DNA from: an uncultured Pseudomonadota bacterium
GTDB taxonomy: Bacteria; Pseudomonadota; Alphaproteobacteria; Rs-D84
Assembly: GCA_902802115.1 (NCBI GenBank)
Contig: CADCKW010000002.1
Location: 69,744 to 133,743, forward strand
DNA: 64,000 nucleotides
Reading direction: 5' to 3'
This document shows, one piece after another, positions 1-9,902 of the stretch. The notes under the pieces are model-generated. The model did not search any database. It was not told where the DNA came from and saw only the letters and a list, made by a program, of their open reading frames with translations. The translations under genes were made by a program, and so were the position numbers. Positions within the stretch are counted from its first letter, which is position 1. Each line of letters starts with the position of its first letter.

Positions 1-195
1 ATCGATGCCGATAAATTAACCCCAGATGCTTTGTTGGTTGAAGATTTGGATTTAGATTCAATTGATGCAGTAGATTTGGTTGTTAAATTACAACATATTA
101 TCGGTTGCAAGGTTGAACCTGATGATTTTAAACAAATTAAAACATTGCAAGATATGGTTGATGCCATTGAAAAAATCGTTAATAACAATCATTAA
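1..195 (+). CDS. acyl carrier protein (3' end, 5'-truncated by window edge)
   Basis: Frame 1 is open from the window start to TAA at 193-195; it translates ...EDLDLDSIDAVDLVVKLQ..., an ACP-like DSIDAVDL motif around the phosphopantetheine-attachment Ser. Confidence 0.6.
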   Translation: MDADKLTPDALLVEDLDLDSIDAVDLVVKLQHIIGCKVEPDDFKQIKTLQDMVDAIEKIVNNNH

Positions 196-718
196 AATTA
201 TTGGTATTGGATTTACAATTCTGTACCCTTTCGTTGTGTTTTTGGCATTGAAAAAGCACATGGCTGTTCGGTTTTTTGCTTTGTTATTATTGGTTGCCGC
301 GGGAATATCGTTTGTTCGCAATAAAAATATATGGATATTTTTGTGCGTATTATTATCTGGTGCGGGGTTAATCATTTTTAATGATGCAATATTTTTAAAA
401 TTATACCCTGTTTTAATGAACACATCTGTTTGTTTGATGTTTGCACTGTCCATGCGCAATGTCCCGTTAATTGAACAATTTGCAAAAAAAATAGGATATA
501 ATCTAGATGCAAAACAACAAGAATACACCAGGCGCGCAACATGCGCATGGGCAATATTTATGTTTTTATTGTCTGTTATTTCTTTGACAACTGTGTTTTT
601 ATCTAATGAAATATGGGTTATGTTTAACGGTTTGATTTCCTATATTTTGATTGCTATTATGATTGGTGCTGAATTTTTAGTTCGCAAAAGGTTATTAAAT
701 GTTCGCAGAAATAAATAA
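80..718 (+). CDS. polytopic membrane protein of lipid cluster (start uncertain; track ORF starts with TTG)
   Basis: ORF-track ORF; multiple hydrophobic helices (IIKIIGIGFTILYPFVVFLAL, LLLLVAAGISF, LSGAGLIIF...). The 5' end overlaps the ACP frame, so the true start is probably internal (ATG near 122/161). Confidence 0.5.
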   Translation: MLNYNILSVARLNLMILNKLKHCKIWLMPLKKSLITIIKIIGIGFTILYPFVVFLALKKHMAVRFFALLLLVAAGISFVRNKNIWIFLCVLLSGAGLIIFNDAIFLKLYPVLMNTSVCLMFALSMRNVPLIEQFAKKIGYNLDAKQQEYTRRATCAWAIFMFLLSVISLTTVFLSNEIWVMFNGLISYILIAIMIGAEFLVRKRLLNVRRNK

Positions 719-2396
719 ATTCTTTATCAGCAATATAAATCCAAATCACACCGTTTTTTATCGTGGTGATGACAGAGTGTCTTATGGTGAATTTTCTGGT
801 GATGTTGCGCGTATGGCAAATATATTTTCACGTGTCCGCGCAAAAACAGTGGTTTTATTTATTCCAACAGATATTTATTTGTTCCATGTCGCTTTTATGG
901 GATTGATGCAGGCAGGTAAAGATGTGATTTTACCTGCAATGATGACTGAACAAAATATCAATATTTTGCAAACCGAAACTGATACCATTGTGACAGACCA
1001 AAAACTCAATTTTCCAGATTTTACATTTGTTGATATTAACCAAGATTTTGGTAATAACTGGAATTTTTGCAACCCAAGTGACCGATTGATATATTTTTTC
1101 ACATCTGGCAGTACGGGCGCACCAAAAAAAATCCGTAAAACATTTCATAATCTGGCGGCAGAGGTTGCCATGCATAACAAAATGCAAAGCGACCTGTTTA
1201 ATAAGGCACCTGTGATGATTGCTTCTATTGCGCCATATCACATGTATGGGTTGTTGTGGCGTTTTTTAATTCCAATGTCCGCAGGTATCCCAATTGATAC
1301 AGATATGATTTTTACACCCGAAGAACTGCAAACCACACAACATAGATTTGATAAAGTTTTATTTGCAACAACACCTTCTTTCTTGGACGGTATAACAAAA
1401 TATCAAAACCAATATGAATTTCCTGATAATTGTGTTGGTATTTTTTCATCAGGCAGTTTATTAAACACCGAAACATCAACAAAAACATTTGAAATATTCG
1501 GTGTATCACCGTTCGAGGTTTTTGGCAGTACCGAAACCGGTGGTGTTGCATTTCGTCAGCAAAAAAACGGACCGTCTTGGACCGTTTTTGATGATGTAAA
1601 TGTGGGGCTGGACGAAAATAATTGTATAATTGCAGATTCCGCTTTTTGTTGTACGCGTCCGTTTCAAATGTCTGATATTGTTGAAATGCAAGGTGACAAA
1701 CACTTTTTATTAAAAACACGCGCGGACAGAATTATAAAAATCGCCGAAGAACGTATTTCTTTGCCAGAATATGAACAAAAATTATCTGGGCATGAATTTG
1801 TTGATAATTGTTATGTGACCGGTGTAAATCAAAATGGACGAATTGTTATAGGTTGCGTTTTGACTTTGACGGATATGGGTAAAGATTTCGTTATCCAGTA
1901 TGGAAAACAAATATTTATCAAAAATATTAAAAATTATTTATCTGCGTATTTTCCAAATGTGACATTGCCACGAAAAATTAGAATTGTTAATAAAATACCA
2001 ATGAACACCCAAGGCAAAATATTAAAACATGAAATTGTTGAAATTTTGCGTTCCAATGTACCAGAACCAATCGCAAAAAATTTAATACACACAAACACTT
2101 CGTTGTCTGGCGATTTTGTGTTTTTGGGAGATTCCGCATATTTCAAAGGTCATTTTGAAAACTGCCCTATTTTGCCAGGGGTGATGCAATTACATTTCGT
2201 AATCAAATTTATTCAAATATTTTTCCATAAAAAAGTTAATGTTTATGATATTGTAAAATTAAAATTTACTAATTTGATTTTGCCAAATACAACTGTGCAT
2301 TTCGAATTAAATAAATTAAGTGATAACGAATTTAGTTTCTGTTATGAAAATGGGGGTATAAAATACTCTGGTGGAAAAATTGTTATAAAGGAATAA
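699..2396 (+). CDS. acyl-AMP ligase (adenylate-forming) fused to C-terminal FabA/FabZ-like hotdog dehydratase domain
   Basis: FTSGSTGAPKKI AMP-binding motif; C-terminus FKGHFENCPILPGVMQLHFV is typical of thioester dehydrase hotdog domains; ATG at 699 overlaps the upstream gene by 20 nt. Confidence 0.8.
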   Translation: MFAEINKFFISNINPNHTVFYRGDDRVSYGEFSGDVARMANIFSRVRAKTVVLFIPTDIYLFHVAFMGLMQAGKDVILPAMMTEQNINILQTETDTIVTDQKLNFPDFTFVDINQDFGNNWNFCNPSDRLIYFFTSGSTGAPKKIRKTFHNLAAEVAMHNKMQSDLFNKAPVMIASIAPYHMYGLLWRFLIPMSAGIPIDTDMIFTPEELQTTQHRFDKVLFATTPSFLDGITKYQNQYEFPDNCVGIFSSGSLLNTETSTKTFEIFGVSPFEVFGSTETGGVAFRQQKNGPSWTVFDDVNVGLDENNCIIADSAFCCTRPFQMSDIVEMQGDKHFLLKTRADRIIKIAEERISLPEYEQKLSGHEFVDNCYVTGVNQNGRIVIGCVLTLTDMGKDFVIQYGKQIFIKNIKNYLSAYFPNVTLPRKIRIVNKIPMNTQGKILKHEIVEILRSNVPEPIAKNLIHTNTSLSGDFVFLGDSAYFKGHFENCPILPGVMQLHFVIKFIQIFFHKKVNVYDIVKLKFTNLILPNTTVHFELNKLSDNEFSFCYENGGIKYSGGKIVIKE

Positions 2397-2398
2397 AA

Positions 2399-3697
2399 AT
2401 GTTTAAACCTGTGATAATAATACCTTGTTTTAACCACGCAGATGCTTTTGTCGCCGTTGCAAAACGGATTTATGAACATAAATTGCCTGTGATTGTTATT
2501 GACGATGGCAGCGCACACCCCCAATCAAAAAAATTAAGACAAACATGTGATAAATATAATTATACATATATAAAACACGACAAAAATGCTGGCAAAGGTG
2601 CCGCTATGGTGACAGGATTTCGCAAAGCCATGGAATTGGGTTATACAAATGCAATTCAAATTGATGCAGATGGACAACATGACATTGATGATATTACAAA
2701 GTTTGTGAAAATTTCTAAACAAAACCCAAACGCATTGATTGTGGGACAACCTGTGTATGATTCTTCGGCACCAAAATCGCGTTTATTTGGACGTAAAATT
2801 ACTAATTTTTGGGTGGCAATCGAAACTTTGAACAGACGTATGCCCGATGCAATGTGTGGTTTTCGTATGTATCCTGTGGCGGAAACAAACCGGATATTAA
2901 CATCTTTGCGATTTATGCGCATGGGATTTGACATTGAAATTATTGTAAAATTATATCGTATGGGTGTTAAAATTATCACCACAGAAACACGCGTTATATA
3001 CCCAAAACATGGGGTGTCGCATTTTCGTGTTTGGCGCGATAATTTTTATATCAGTTTATTGCATACATATTTGGTTTGTGGGTTGCCATGGTGGTTATTA
3101 ACCAGATGTGTTAAAAAAATTCAAAATATGTTTTTAATTACTATGATGATTTGTGGAACGGCAAACGCACAAAATATTACAGAAATGCCAACCACATTAA
3201 AAAATTTTACAGATAATTTGGGTGTGGCATACGCTTCCTATACCCAATCAAAAACATTGCCAGAATCAACAAAAGTTTTTCGTGCGCGTGGCACCGTTTA
3301 TTTCGTCAAAGGTATTGGATTTAAATGGAAACAATTAGATCCAAAATCTTTTGATTTTACATCTACGTTGGATTCATATTGCGTAAATGGCAACAGAGAA
3401 GAATTGGCAACATTACCATATTTTTCACAAATACAATCTGTGATTCAAGATATGTTAAATGGCAATATGGACAGTTTTTTAACTGCATTTAATGCTGATT
3501 ATACCGAAAAAGGACAAAATTGGACTTTGTTGGCGACACCAAAAATATCCGCCATTGCAGATTTTTTAAAATCTATAACACTGGGTGGAAATGCCAAAGA
3601 TTTAAAGCAGATTATTATTAAATACACAAACAAGACAACAATTATTATTGATTTTAAACGCATGGAAACGGATTCAAACGATGAAATTAAATGTTAA
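2399..3697 (+). CDS. family-2 glycosyltransferase with fused C-terminal LolA-like lipoprotein-carrier-like domain
   Basis: IIIPCFNHA...VIVIDDGS GT2 motifs, then TM helices. From an internal ATG at 3128 the sequence MFLITMMICGTANAQ looks like a signal peptide followed by a beta-rich LolA-like domain; there is no in-frame stop between the two parts. Confidence 0.7.
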   Translation: MFKPVIIIPCFNHADAFVAVAKRIYEHKLPVIVIDDGSAHPQSKKLRQTCDKYNYTYIKHDKNAGKGAAMVTGFRKAMELGYTNAIQIDADGQHDIDDITKFVKISKQNPNALIVGQPVYDSSAPKSRLFGRKITNFWVAIETLNRRMPDAMCGFRMYPVAETNRILTSLRFMRMGFDIEIIVKLYRMGVKIITTETRVIYPKHGVSHFRVWRDNFYISLLHTYLVCGLPWWLLTRCVKKIQNMFLITMMICGTANAQNITEMPTTLKNFTDNLGVAYASYTQSKTLPESTKVFRARGTVYFVKGIGFKWKQLDPKSFDFTSTLDSYCVNGNREELATLPYFSQIQSVIQDMLNGNMDSFLTAFNADYTEKGQNWTLLATPKISAIADFLKSITLGGNAKDLKQIIIKYTNKTTIIIDFKRMETDSNDEIKC

Positions 3698-5822
3698 AAA
3701 ATTTTTATTTGGAATCGTATGTTTTATTGGTTTGATGTTGGTGTGCGTGTTCCGCATGCCGTTATCTGTGCAAACAAATCTTAATTCTTTGGTTGAAATA
3801 AATAATGCGGATTGGCCTGTTGATAAATTAACAAACAAATTTTCCAATGTGATTAATATTATTGTTGAATCAACAAACCTAAACAATGCAAAAAATGCCG
3901 CAAATAACATAAAAAATATACTGGGCACAGATGAATTCAAAAATATATCTGTTATAACTACTGATTTTGCTGTGGCGGATACAATTAACCAATTTAATAC
4001 ACACAGAAACTCTTTTTTAAGCACAGAATATCGCAATATTATAAAACAAGGAAATTTTTCACAAATCACAGACAATGCTGTTTCAACAGTGTCTTCGTCA
4101 ATGGCACCAACGGTTTTAAGTTTAAAAGATGACCCATTTTTATTGGCAACAAATTATATTGGCGAATTAAAATCTGCAAATGGAAAATGGAATATGCGCG
4201 ATGGTTTTTTATGGCAATATATCGCACCAAACCATTATATTTTGATATCTGCAAATATTATAAACAATGATTCCAATGAATTGACACAAACTATCAATTC
4301 TGTATCAACAATTATAAAAAAATATAATACCCCAGACACACATATATTTTTATCTGGAATCCCCGTTCATACGGCAAACATGACCCAAACAAGTAAATTG
4401 CAACTGACCGTATTTTCAATTATTGCGTTGGCCATGGCCATATTACTAAATTGGTTATTATTTCATAAAACTGCGACTTTATTGCCTGTGATATTGAGTT
4501 TAGGGTTGGGATTTATTGTTGGGGCTGGGGCCTTGGTTTTGTGTTTCCCAGAACCACATATTTTAACATTTGTGTTTGGTGTGACATTAATTGGATTAGG
4601 CATAGATTACTCGTTTCATTTTATTAGTGCGCTGATTAATAAAAACGATAAAAATATCCGCAGAAATATTTTTCATTCATTTTTAACTACGGTTGTATGC
4701 TTTATGCCTTTGTTTTTTTCTGGATTAGATTTATTACAGCAAATTTCTGTATTCACGATTGCTGGACTGACCGCTATTTATTTGGGGTGGCTGGTATTTA
4801 TGCCAACAAAAATAAACGCAAAAAACACATCAATAAAAATGCCACGTGCGGTTTTAAAAAAACATCGACCTGTTATAATTGGGCTGTTGATTATGGCAAT
4901 ATTGGCAACAATTCCATTTATGAAAACACAAAATAATATGGCACAACTCTACAGACCAACCCCAGAATTATTACAAGCAGAAGCATTAATGCAAAATTTG
5001 AACGGAATTGATAAGTCTAAATTTTTACTTATTCGTGAAAAAAATATTGATGATGCTTTGTTGGTTGCAGAAAAAATCAAAGATGAATCTGGGAATTTCT
5101 TTGATATAACAACCATAGTCCCATCACACGAAAGACAAATCGAAAACCAGAATTTAATTCGTCAATTATACAAATTTGAATCCAAAAAAATACAACATGA
5201 ATTGGGACTGCGCGCGGTTCCAAAATTTGTCGAAACACCGCTGATTCAAATCGCAGATATCCAAAATGATAAAACTTTTGGCGCGTTATTTGATAAATTT
5301 GTATTTGATGACGGAAAATATGTATATCTGGTGGCATATGTAGATGCAGATTTTACAACAACACAACCAAACACACTGGTAATTTCACCCGCACAACAAA
5401 TGCAAAATTTAATGGAACAATATTCTTATAAAACATACGGTTTATTAATGATATGTGGTATTGCGTTAATTGTGCTGTTGGTGGTTTTGTATGGTAAAAA
5501 GGCTTTTATTTATTTGGCACCATCGGCACTGGCGGTTGGTTTGACCGCCAGCATACTAACCTGGTTTAATCAGCCAATAACTTTTTTCCATTTATTGAGT
5601 TTGTTTATTGTTATTGGTTTAACTTTGGATTATTCTATTTTTCATATTAACGCGGTGGATAATCACGAAATAAAACCTGTATTATTTTCTTGTTTAACAA
5701 GTTTGATTGGATTTGGAATATTGGGATTTGCCAGTTTCTTTTTAATTAAATCAATGGGAATTACATTGGGATTGGGATTAACCATTGGATATTTGATTTC
5801 ATTGTTATTGTTTCGACGATAA
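3648..5822 (+). CDS. MMPL/RND-superfamily predicted lipid exporter
   Basis: 724 aa with two blocks of about 6 TM helices separated by large soluble loops; typical partner of ACP/ligase/GT clusters; alternative start at 3681 (MKLNVKK...). Confidence 0.75.
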   Translation: MILNAWKRIQTMKLNVKKFLFGIVCFIGLMLVCVFRMPLSVQTNLNSLVEINNADWPVDKLTNKFSNVINIIVESTNLNNAKNAANNIKNILGTDEFKNISVITTDFAVADTINQFNTHRNSFLSTEYRNIIKQGNFSQITDNAVSTVSSSMAPTVLSLKDDPFLLATNYIGELKSANGKWNMRDGFLWQYIAPNHYILISANIINNDSNELTQTINSVSTIIKKYNTPDTHIFLSGIPVHTANMTQTSKLQLTVFSIIALAMAILLNWLLFHKTATLLPVILSLGLGFIVGAGALVLCFPEPHILTFVFGVTLIGLGIDYSFHFISALINKNDKNIRRNIFHSFLTTVVCFMPLFFSGLDLLQQISVFTIAGLTAIYLGWLVFMPTKINAKNTSIKMPRAVLKKHRPVIIGLLIMAILATIPFMKTQNNMAQLYRPTPELLQAEALMQNLNGIDKSKFLLIREKNIDDALLVAEKIKDESGNFFDITTIVPSHERQIENQNLIRQLYKFESKKIQHELGLRAVPKFVETPLIQIADIQNDKTFGALFDKFVFDDGKYVYLVAYVDADFTTTQPNTLVISPAQQMQNLMEQYSYKTYGLLMICGIALIVLLVVLYGKKAFIYLAPSALAVGLTASILTWFNQPITFFHLLSLFIVIGLTLDYSIFHINAVDNHEIKPVLFSCLTSLIGFGILGFASFFLIKSMGITLGLGLTIGYLISLLLFRR

Positions 5823-6296
5823 AAAAGATTCTGGGTTAAATGTTTTTATATGTGGTTTTGCAAATTGACGATTTGCCGTAATACAAATTAAATATTCCCC
5901 ATATGTTATAAAATGTGTGCATGTGTGTTTTAACCCCAGTTTATAGGCAGCCTCGTATTCTGTAAAAGATTTATAAAAATCATTACAAGATTTTGGCACA
6001 GGAAAATTCATCAATTCGGCAATTGCATCAAAATCGCGTTTAACAGATGTGTTTTCTATATCAACACCAACAGGTCCGTTTTCTGCGGTTGCAACAATTA
6101 CCAATTTGTCTTTATGGGCAATAGATGTGTATTTTTTACCAATTTTATTCATCATAAAGTGACCCAATACAAACTGTATTTTTCGCGATTGTTTTTTAAA
6201 TTTCATTGCATGTGCATAATCCCCAGGCGACAAGGTTGCCATAAACATATCGGGGGTCTTGCTTATTGAATCAATATTTGCTATAAATACCTGCAT
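5805..6296 (-). CDS. 4'-phosphopantetheinyl transferase
   Basis: ENGPVGVDIE motif (GxDxE) characteristic of AcpS/Sfp-type PPTases; 163 aa. Confidence 0.6.
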   Translation of the reverse strand: MQVFIANIDSISKTPDMFMATLSPGDYAHAMKFKKQSRKIQFVLGHFMMNKIGKKYTSIAHKDKLVIVATAENGPVGVDIENTSVKRDFDAIAELMNFPVPKSCNDFYKSFTEYEAAYKLGLKHTCTHFITYGEYLICITANRQFAKPHIKTFNPESFLSSKQ

Positions 6297-6336
6297 AGGT
6301 TGATTATAAAAGAAAAAACAACAAAGGCAAGTCGCT

Positions 6337-7239
6337 TTGAATAAAGATAAATGGTATCAACAACATGAACGTGGGGCTGGCAATTTTCGCCTGAATATAT
6401 TGTTTTGGGTGTATAAAATTTTTGGAATACGTTTTACAAAATTTTGGGTTCGATTGGTTGCGCGCATAATTGGTGCGGGTGCAAAATCTGCCAAACAATT
6501 TTCTGGTGAATACAGGCAGATTTTAAACGAATATCAAATCGCAAACAATATCAAACCAACAGTTTTTTCACCCGCCCAACACATCAGTTTTTTTGCAGAT
6601 TCATTGGTCGATAAAATGATTGCAATGTGTTCTGGGAAAAATCGTATAAAATTTAATATACAAAATGATACTGACTGGCAAGAATTTCAAGAATTGATTA
6701 ATCAAAAACATGGTGTTTTTCTGGTTTGCAGTCATGTTGGAAATATCGAGGCCCTGGCTGCATTTCCAGATAATGCAAATATTAAAATCCATGCTTTTCA
6801 ACAAATCAGTCAAACAGGCATTTTTCATGAATTTATATCTCGACATTCTGTAAGAAAAAACACCAAAATTCACGCAATAGAAGATATGAATGTCGGGACC
6901 GCAACAGAAATGTTTGATTGTTTAAGTAATGGCGATTTAGTCATGATGGCGGGCGATAGAATATCTGCATTAAATCCTGAAAAAACAATAAATGCAAAAA
7001 TATTGGGGAACGATTGCAAATTACCCATAGGCGTATTCAAATTTGCCAAAGCAATGTCACACCCCATATTCGCAGTGGCATTATTAAATACTGGCCCAGA
7101 AACATATACTTTGATTGTAAAAAAATTAGATGCACAAAATGTAAATAATATGGCAACGGAATTCGCCAAATTTTTAGAGCAAAATATTTTGCGCGCACCA
7201 ATTCAATGGTTTAATTTTTATAATTTTTTCAATAAATAA
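6337..7239 (+). CDS. LpxL/HtrB-family (lipid A biosynthesis-type) acyltransferase
   Basis: N-terminal membrane anchor plus CSHVGNIE, resembling the HxGNWE catalytic motif of lauroyl/myristoyl acyltransferases. Confidence 0.6.
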   Translation: MNKDKWYQQHERGAGNFRLNILFWVYKIFGIRFTKFWVRLVARIIGAGAKSAKQFSGEYRQILNEYQIANNIKPTVFSPAQHISFFADSLVDKMIAMCSGKNRIKFNIQNDTDWQEFQELINQKHGVFLVCSHVGNIEALAAFPDNANIKIHAFQQISQTGIFHEFISRHSVRKNTKIHAIEDMNVGTATEMFDCLSNGDLVMMAGDRISALNPEKTINAKILGNDCKLPIGVFKFAKAMSHPIFAVALLNTGPETYTLIVKKLDAQNVNNMATEFAKFLEQNILRAPIQWFNFYNFFNK

Positions 7240-7245
7240 TATATT

Positions 7246-7965
7246 TTATTCAGCGCCCTGTTCTACAATGCAATTTACAACCGTTTTATCCCCTGTGCGA
7301 ATTGTAAATTTATTATCATCGCATTTGTATAATTCCAATTTATCACCTTGGAAAGTTTGATTTATATATCTTATTTCAAATGCACTGATTGGATATTCTG
7401 CATTAAATTGATTAATAACATATTGCACATATGCGATGTTATTCGTGTGATGATAAAAATCAATCGCAGATGCCCCAATACAAACACTATATACCAATTC
7501 AATGGGTTCAAAATTCGCATTATGAAATTCAATATCTATTTCTGGGTTTTCTATTTCCAATGTTTCATCAACCCCCGCCGTATTTGCGCGACGAACACGA
7601 CCAGTTTGACAATCAATCGCACATAATTCGGCACGTGACGCAACCGCAATTTTATCATGACATTTTATTAAGGTATCAACAATTAACTTTACACCACCAG
7701 CATTTGTAATTGCACATTCAACAGTATATTCGTCCAACCAATGTATCGGCGAACGCATTTCAATCCGGTTTTTTGCAAATATCCACATTGCGTTATATTT
7801 TGGCACGCATGTTTCACCGTCTAAATTTAAATTACCCATCATTTCAGTAATGGCATCTTCGACAATTTGAAACGCACCAATAACAGATAAATTTGCCGAT
7901 GTATTGGTTAAACTGTATCCTAATTTGCCTTGCTTTATCAATTTCATTGTTAATCCCCCAAACAT
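7246..7965 (-). CDS. acyl-ACP thioesterase (double hotdog)
   Basis: 239 aa two-hotdog layout with HTNNIAYVQY, resembling the HVNN motif of acyl-ACP thioesterases. Confidence 0.6.
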   Translation of the reverse strand: MFGGLTMKLIKQGKLGYSLTNTSANLSVIGAFQIVEDAITEMMGNLNLDGETCVPKYNAMWIFAKNRIEMRSPIHWLDEYTVECAITNAGGVKLIVDTLIKCHDKIAVASRAELCAIDCQTGRVRRANTAGVDETLEIENPEIDIEFHNANFEPIELVYSVCIGASAIDFYHHTNNIAYVQYVINQFNAEYPISAFEIRYINQTFQGDKLELYKCDDNKFTIRTGDKTVVNCIVEQGAE

Positions 7966-8123
7966 ATTACATTTATTAAATATATTAATAAAATTTTAAA
8001 CAGCGCGTCTATTTTTATAACTTTTTTCGTTTTAAGTCAAGACGATTCGACACCCAACAAAAAAACATCGGCAAATTCACAGATGCAACAGACAAATTTA
8101 TCAATAAAAATAATATTTCGGTT

Positions 8124-8903
8124 TTATATTTCTGGATATGGGGTTTGAATTTGTATTGGATAACGACCCGCATCGGCATACAATATATCGCCAAAAGGCA
8201 ACAGCCTTTGCGCCCCAGGTTCGCCTAATAACTGGACAGATTCTGCCGTTGTTCGTGTGTTAAATGCAACACGCGCCGGAAAACATGACAATATCGCATT
8301 AGACAAAACGTCCGCTGTCAGCATTTGTGTTGCAACCAACAAATGAATACCGGTGGCACGCGCCTTGGCACAAACCGTTTGGACAAAATTCGTTGTGTCA
8401 TTTGGGGCAAGACCCATAAAATCAGCAAATTCATCAATGATAACAACCATCATTGGCATATTATTGCCCAACGCATTATATTCACGAATATTATTAACAT
8501 TTGCCGCCGTAAATGTTTCATACCTGGAATCTATCATTTCCAGTATTTTATTAAACATCGGTATAATTTGGTCTGTATTTGTTATCACAGGGACAAACAT
8601 GTGTTTGTCAGTATTCCAATTTTTATAACCATAATTTTTGGTATCAAATATTATAAAACGGCATTGCTTTGGCGTTAATTTTGCCGACAGTGAATATAAC
8701 ACAGTTTGCAAAAACATCGTCTTGCCAGAACCAGTTTTTCCCCCAATCAATAAATGAGGAATTGTTGTTAAATCTTGGACCACAATATTTTTATTGGTAT
8801 CGCAACCAAAAATAATTGGCATTTCGGCATTTGTATTTTGAAATTCTTGGGAATTTATCAAATCTTGCAAATATATTATTTTGGGTTTTGGTGACACATA
8901 CAT
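8124..8903 (-). CDS. FtsK/SpoIIIE-family ATPase domain protein (motor domain only)
   Basis: Walker A LLIGGKTGSGKTMF, Walker B VVIIDEFADF and LLVATQ (FtsK TQ motif); only 259 aa, lacking the membrane and gamma domains. Confidence 0.6.
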   Translation of the reverse strand: MYVSPKPKIIYLQDLINSQEFQNTNAEMPIIFGCDTNKNIVVQDLTTIPHLLIGGKTGSGKTMFLQTVLYSLSAKLTPKQCRFIIFDTKNYGYKNWNTDKHMFVPVITNTDQIIPMFNKILEMIDSRYETFTAANVNNIREYNALGNNMPMMVVIIDEFADFMGLAPNDTTNFVQTVCAKARATGIHLLVATQMLTADVLSNAILSCFPARVAFNTRTTAESVQLLGEPGAQRLLPFGDILYADAGRYPIQIQTPYPEI

Positions 8904-9032
8904 AAACTCCTCCCTGGTGATGTTGTTATTTTAACAGGCTATAACAAAAAAATTGAATTGCAACAAAATCCTTGCAAAAAGACAATTAAAATGCTTACAA
9001 TCATAATATAAATTAACAAAAAGGAAGAAAAA

Positions 9033-9479
9033 ATGGCAGGTAGCATAAATAAAGTTATTTTGGTCGGTAATGTTGGTCAAGAACCACAAATTCGCACCAT
9101 GGGAAATGGTCAAAAGGTTGCAAGTTTTTCATTGGCAACATCTGACCGTTGGCGCGACAGAACATCTGGAGAACAAAAAGAACAAACCGAATGGCATCGC
9201 GTTGTCGTATTTCAACCAAACTTGGTTGATGTCGTTGAACGCATGTTGCAGAAAGGAACAAAATTATATATCGAAGGCTCTTTGCGCACACGCAAATGGC
9301 AAAATCAGCAAGGCACCGACCAATATACAACCGAAGTGACACTGAACCCGTTTGGTGGTCAAATGGTTATTTTGTCTGGGGCCAAGGCTATGGACGGCGC
9401 GGTGGCTGATTCCGTACAACCACAAAAACACGAAGAAATTTCTGTTGGCGATTTGGCTGGGGACGAAATTCCTTTCTAA
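9033..9479 (+). CDS. ssb: single-stranded DNA-binding protein
   Basis: OB-fold N-terminus [18 protein letters not shown], Gly/Gln-rich tail and acidic C-terminal DEIPF; terminator hairpin follows. Confidence 0.9.
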   Translation: MAGSINKVILVGNVGQEPQIRTMGNGQKVASFSLATSDRWRDRTSGEQKEQTEWHRVVVFQPNLVDVVERMLQKGTKLYIEGSLRTRKWQNQQGTDQYTTEVTLNPFGGQMVILSGAKAMDGAVADSVQPQKHEEISVGDLAGDEIPF

Positions 9480-9498
9480 GACACTAATCAAAATTTTC

Positions 9499-9531
9499 GC
9501 CCCACTGGTGTTTTTATGTGGGGCTTTTTTA
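9499..9531 (+). terminator. rho-independent terminator after ssb
   Basis: GCCCCA...TGGGGC stem followed by a T-run. Confidence 0.6.
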
Positions 9532-9543
9532 TTGGAATTAGCG

Positions 9544-9900
9544 ATGAAACAATTAACAGATGCAGATATTGCAAAAATGGCAGGACAAGATTTTTCACCA
9601 TCGGGCGATGATGGTGCTGTTCGGCGCGAACTGCATTTATCAAAACGAATTCCAAGAAAACACCCCACCCCAGAACATATCGTTATTGATTTTCACACCC
9701 ATACAGAACAAGAAGCATGGGATATGATAATGGGCGCAATTGAATCTGGGGCACGCAGCGCAACAGTTATCACCGGTGCCAGCGGTATATTAAAAATCAA
9801 ATTTCAACAATGGGTTCGCGACAGTTTAATATCGTCACACATTATTGCATGCACGCCCGTCAATAACGGCAGTTTTGATGTAAAATTTAAAAAGAAATGA
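9544..9900 (+). CDS. Smr-domain protein
   Basis: C-terminal DFHTHTEQEAWDMIMGAIE...ITGASGILK matches the Smr domain pattern; ATG at 9544 after the ssb terminator. Confidence 0.6.
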   Translation: MKQLTDADIAKMAGQDFSPSGDDGAVRRELHLSKRIPRKHPTPEHIVIDFHTHTEQEAWDMIMGAIESGARSATVITGASGILKIKFQQWVRDSLISSHIIACTPVNNGSFDVKFKKK

Positions 9901-9902
9901 TT

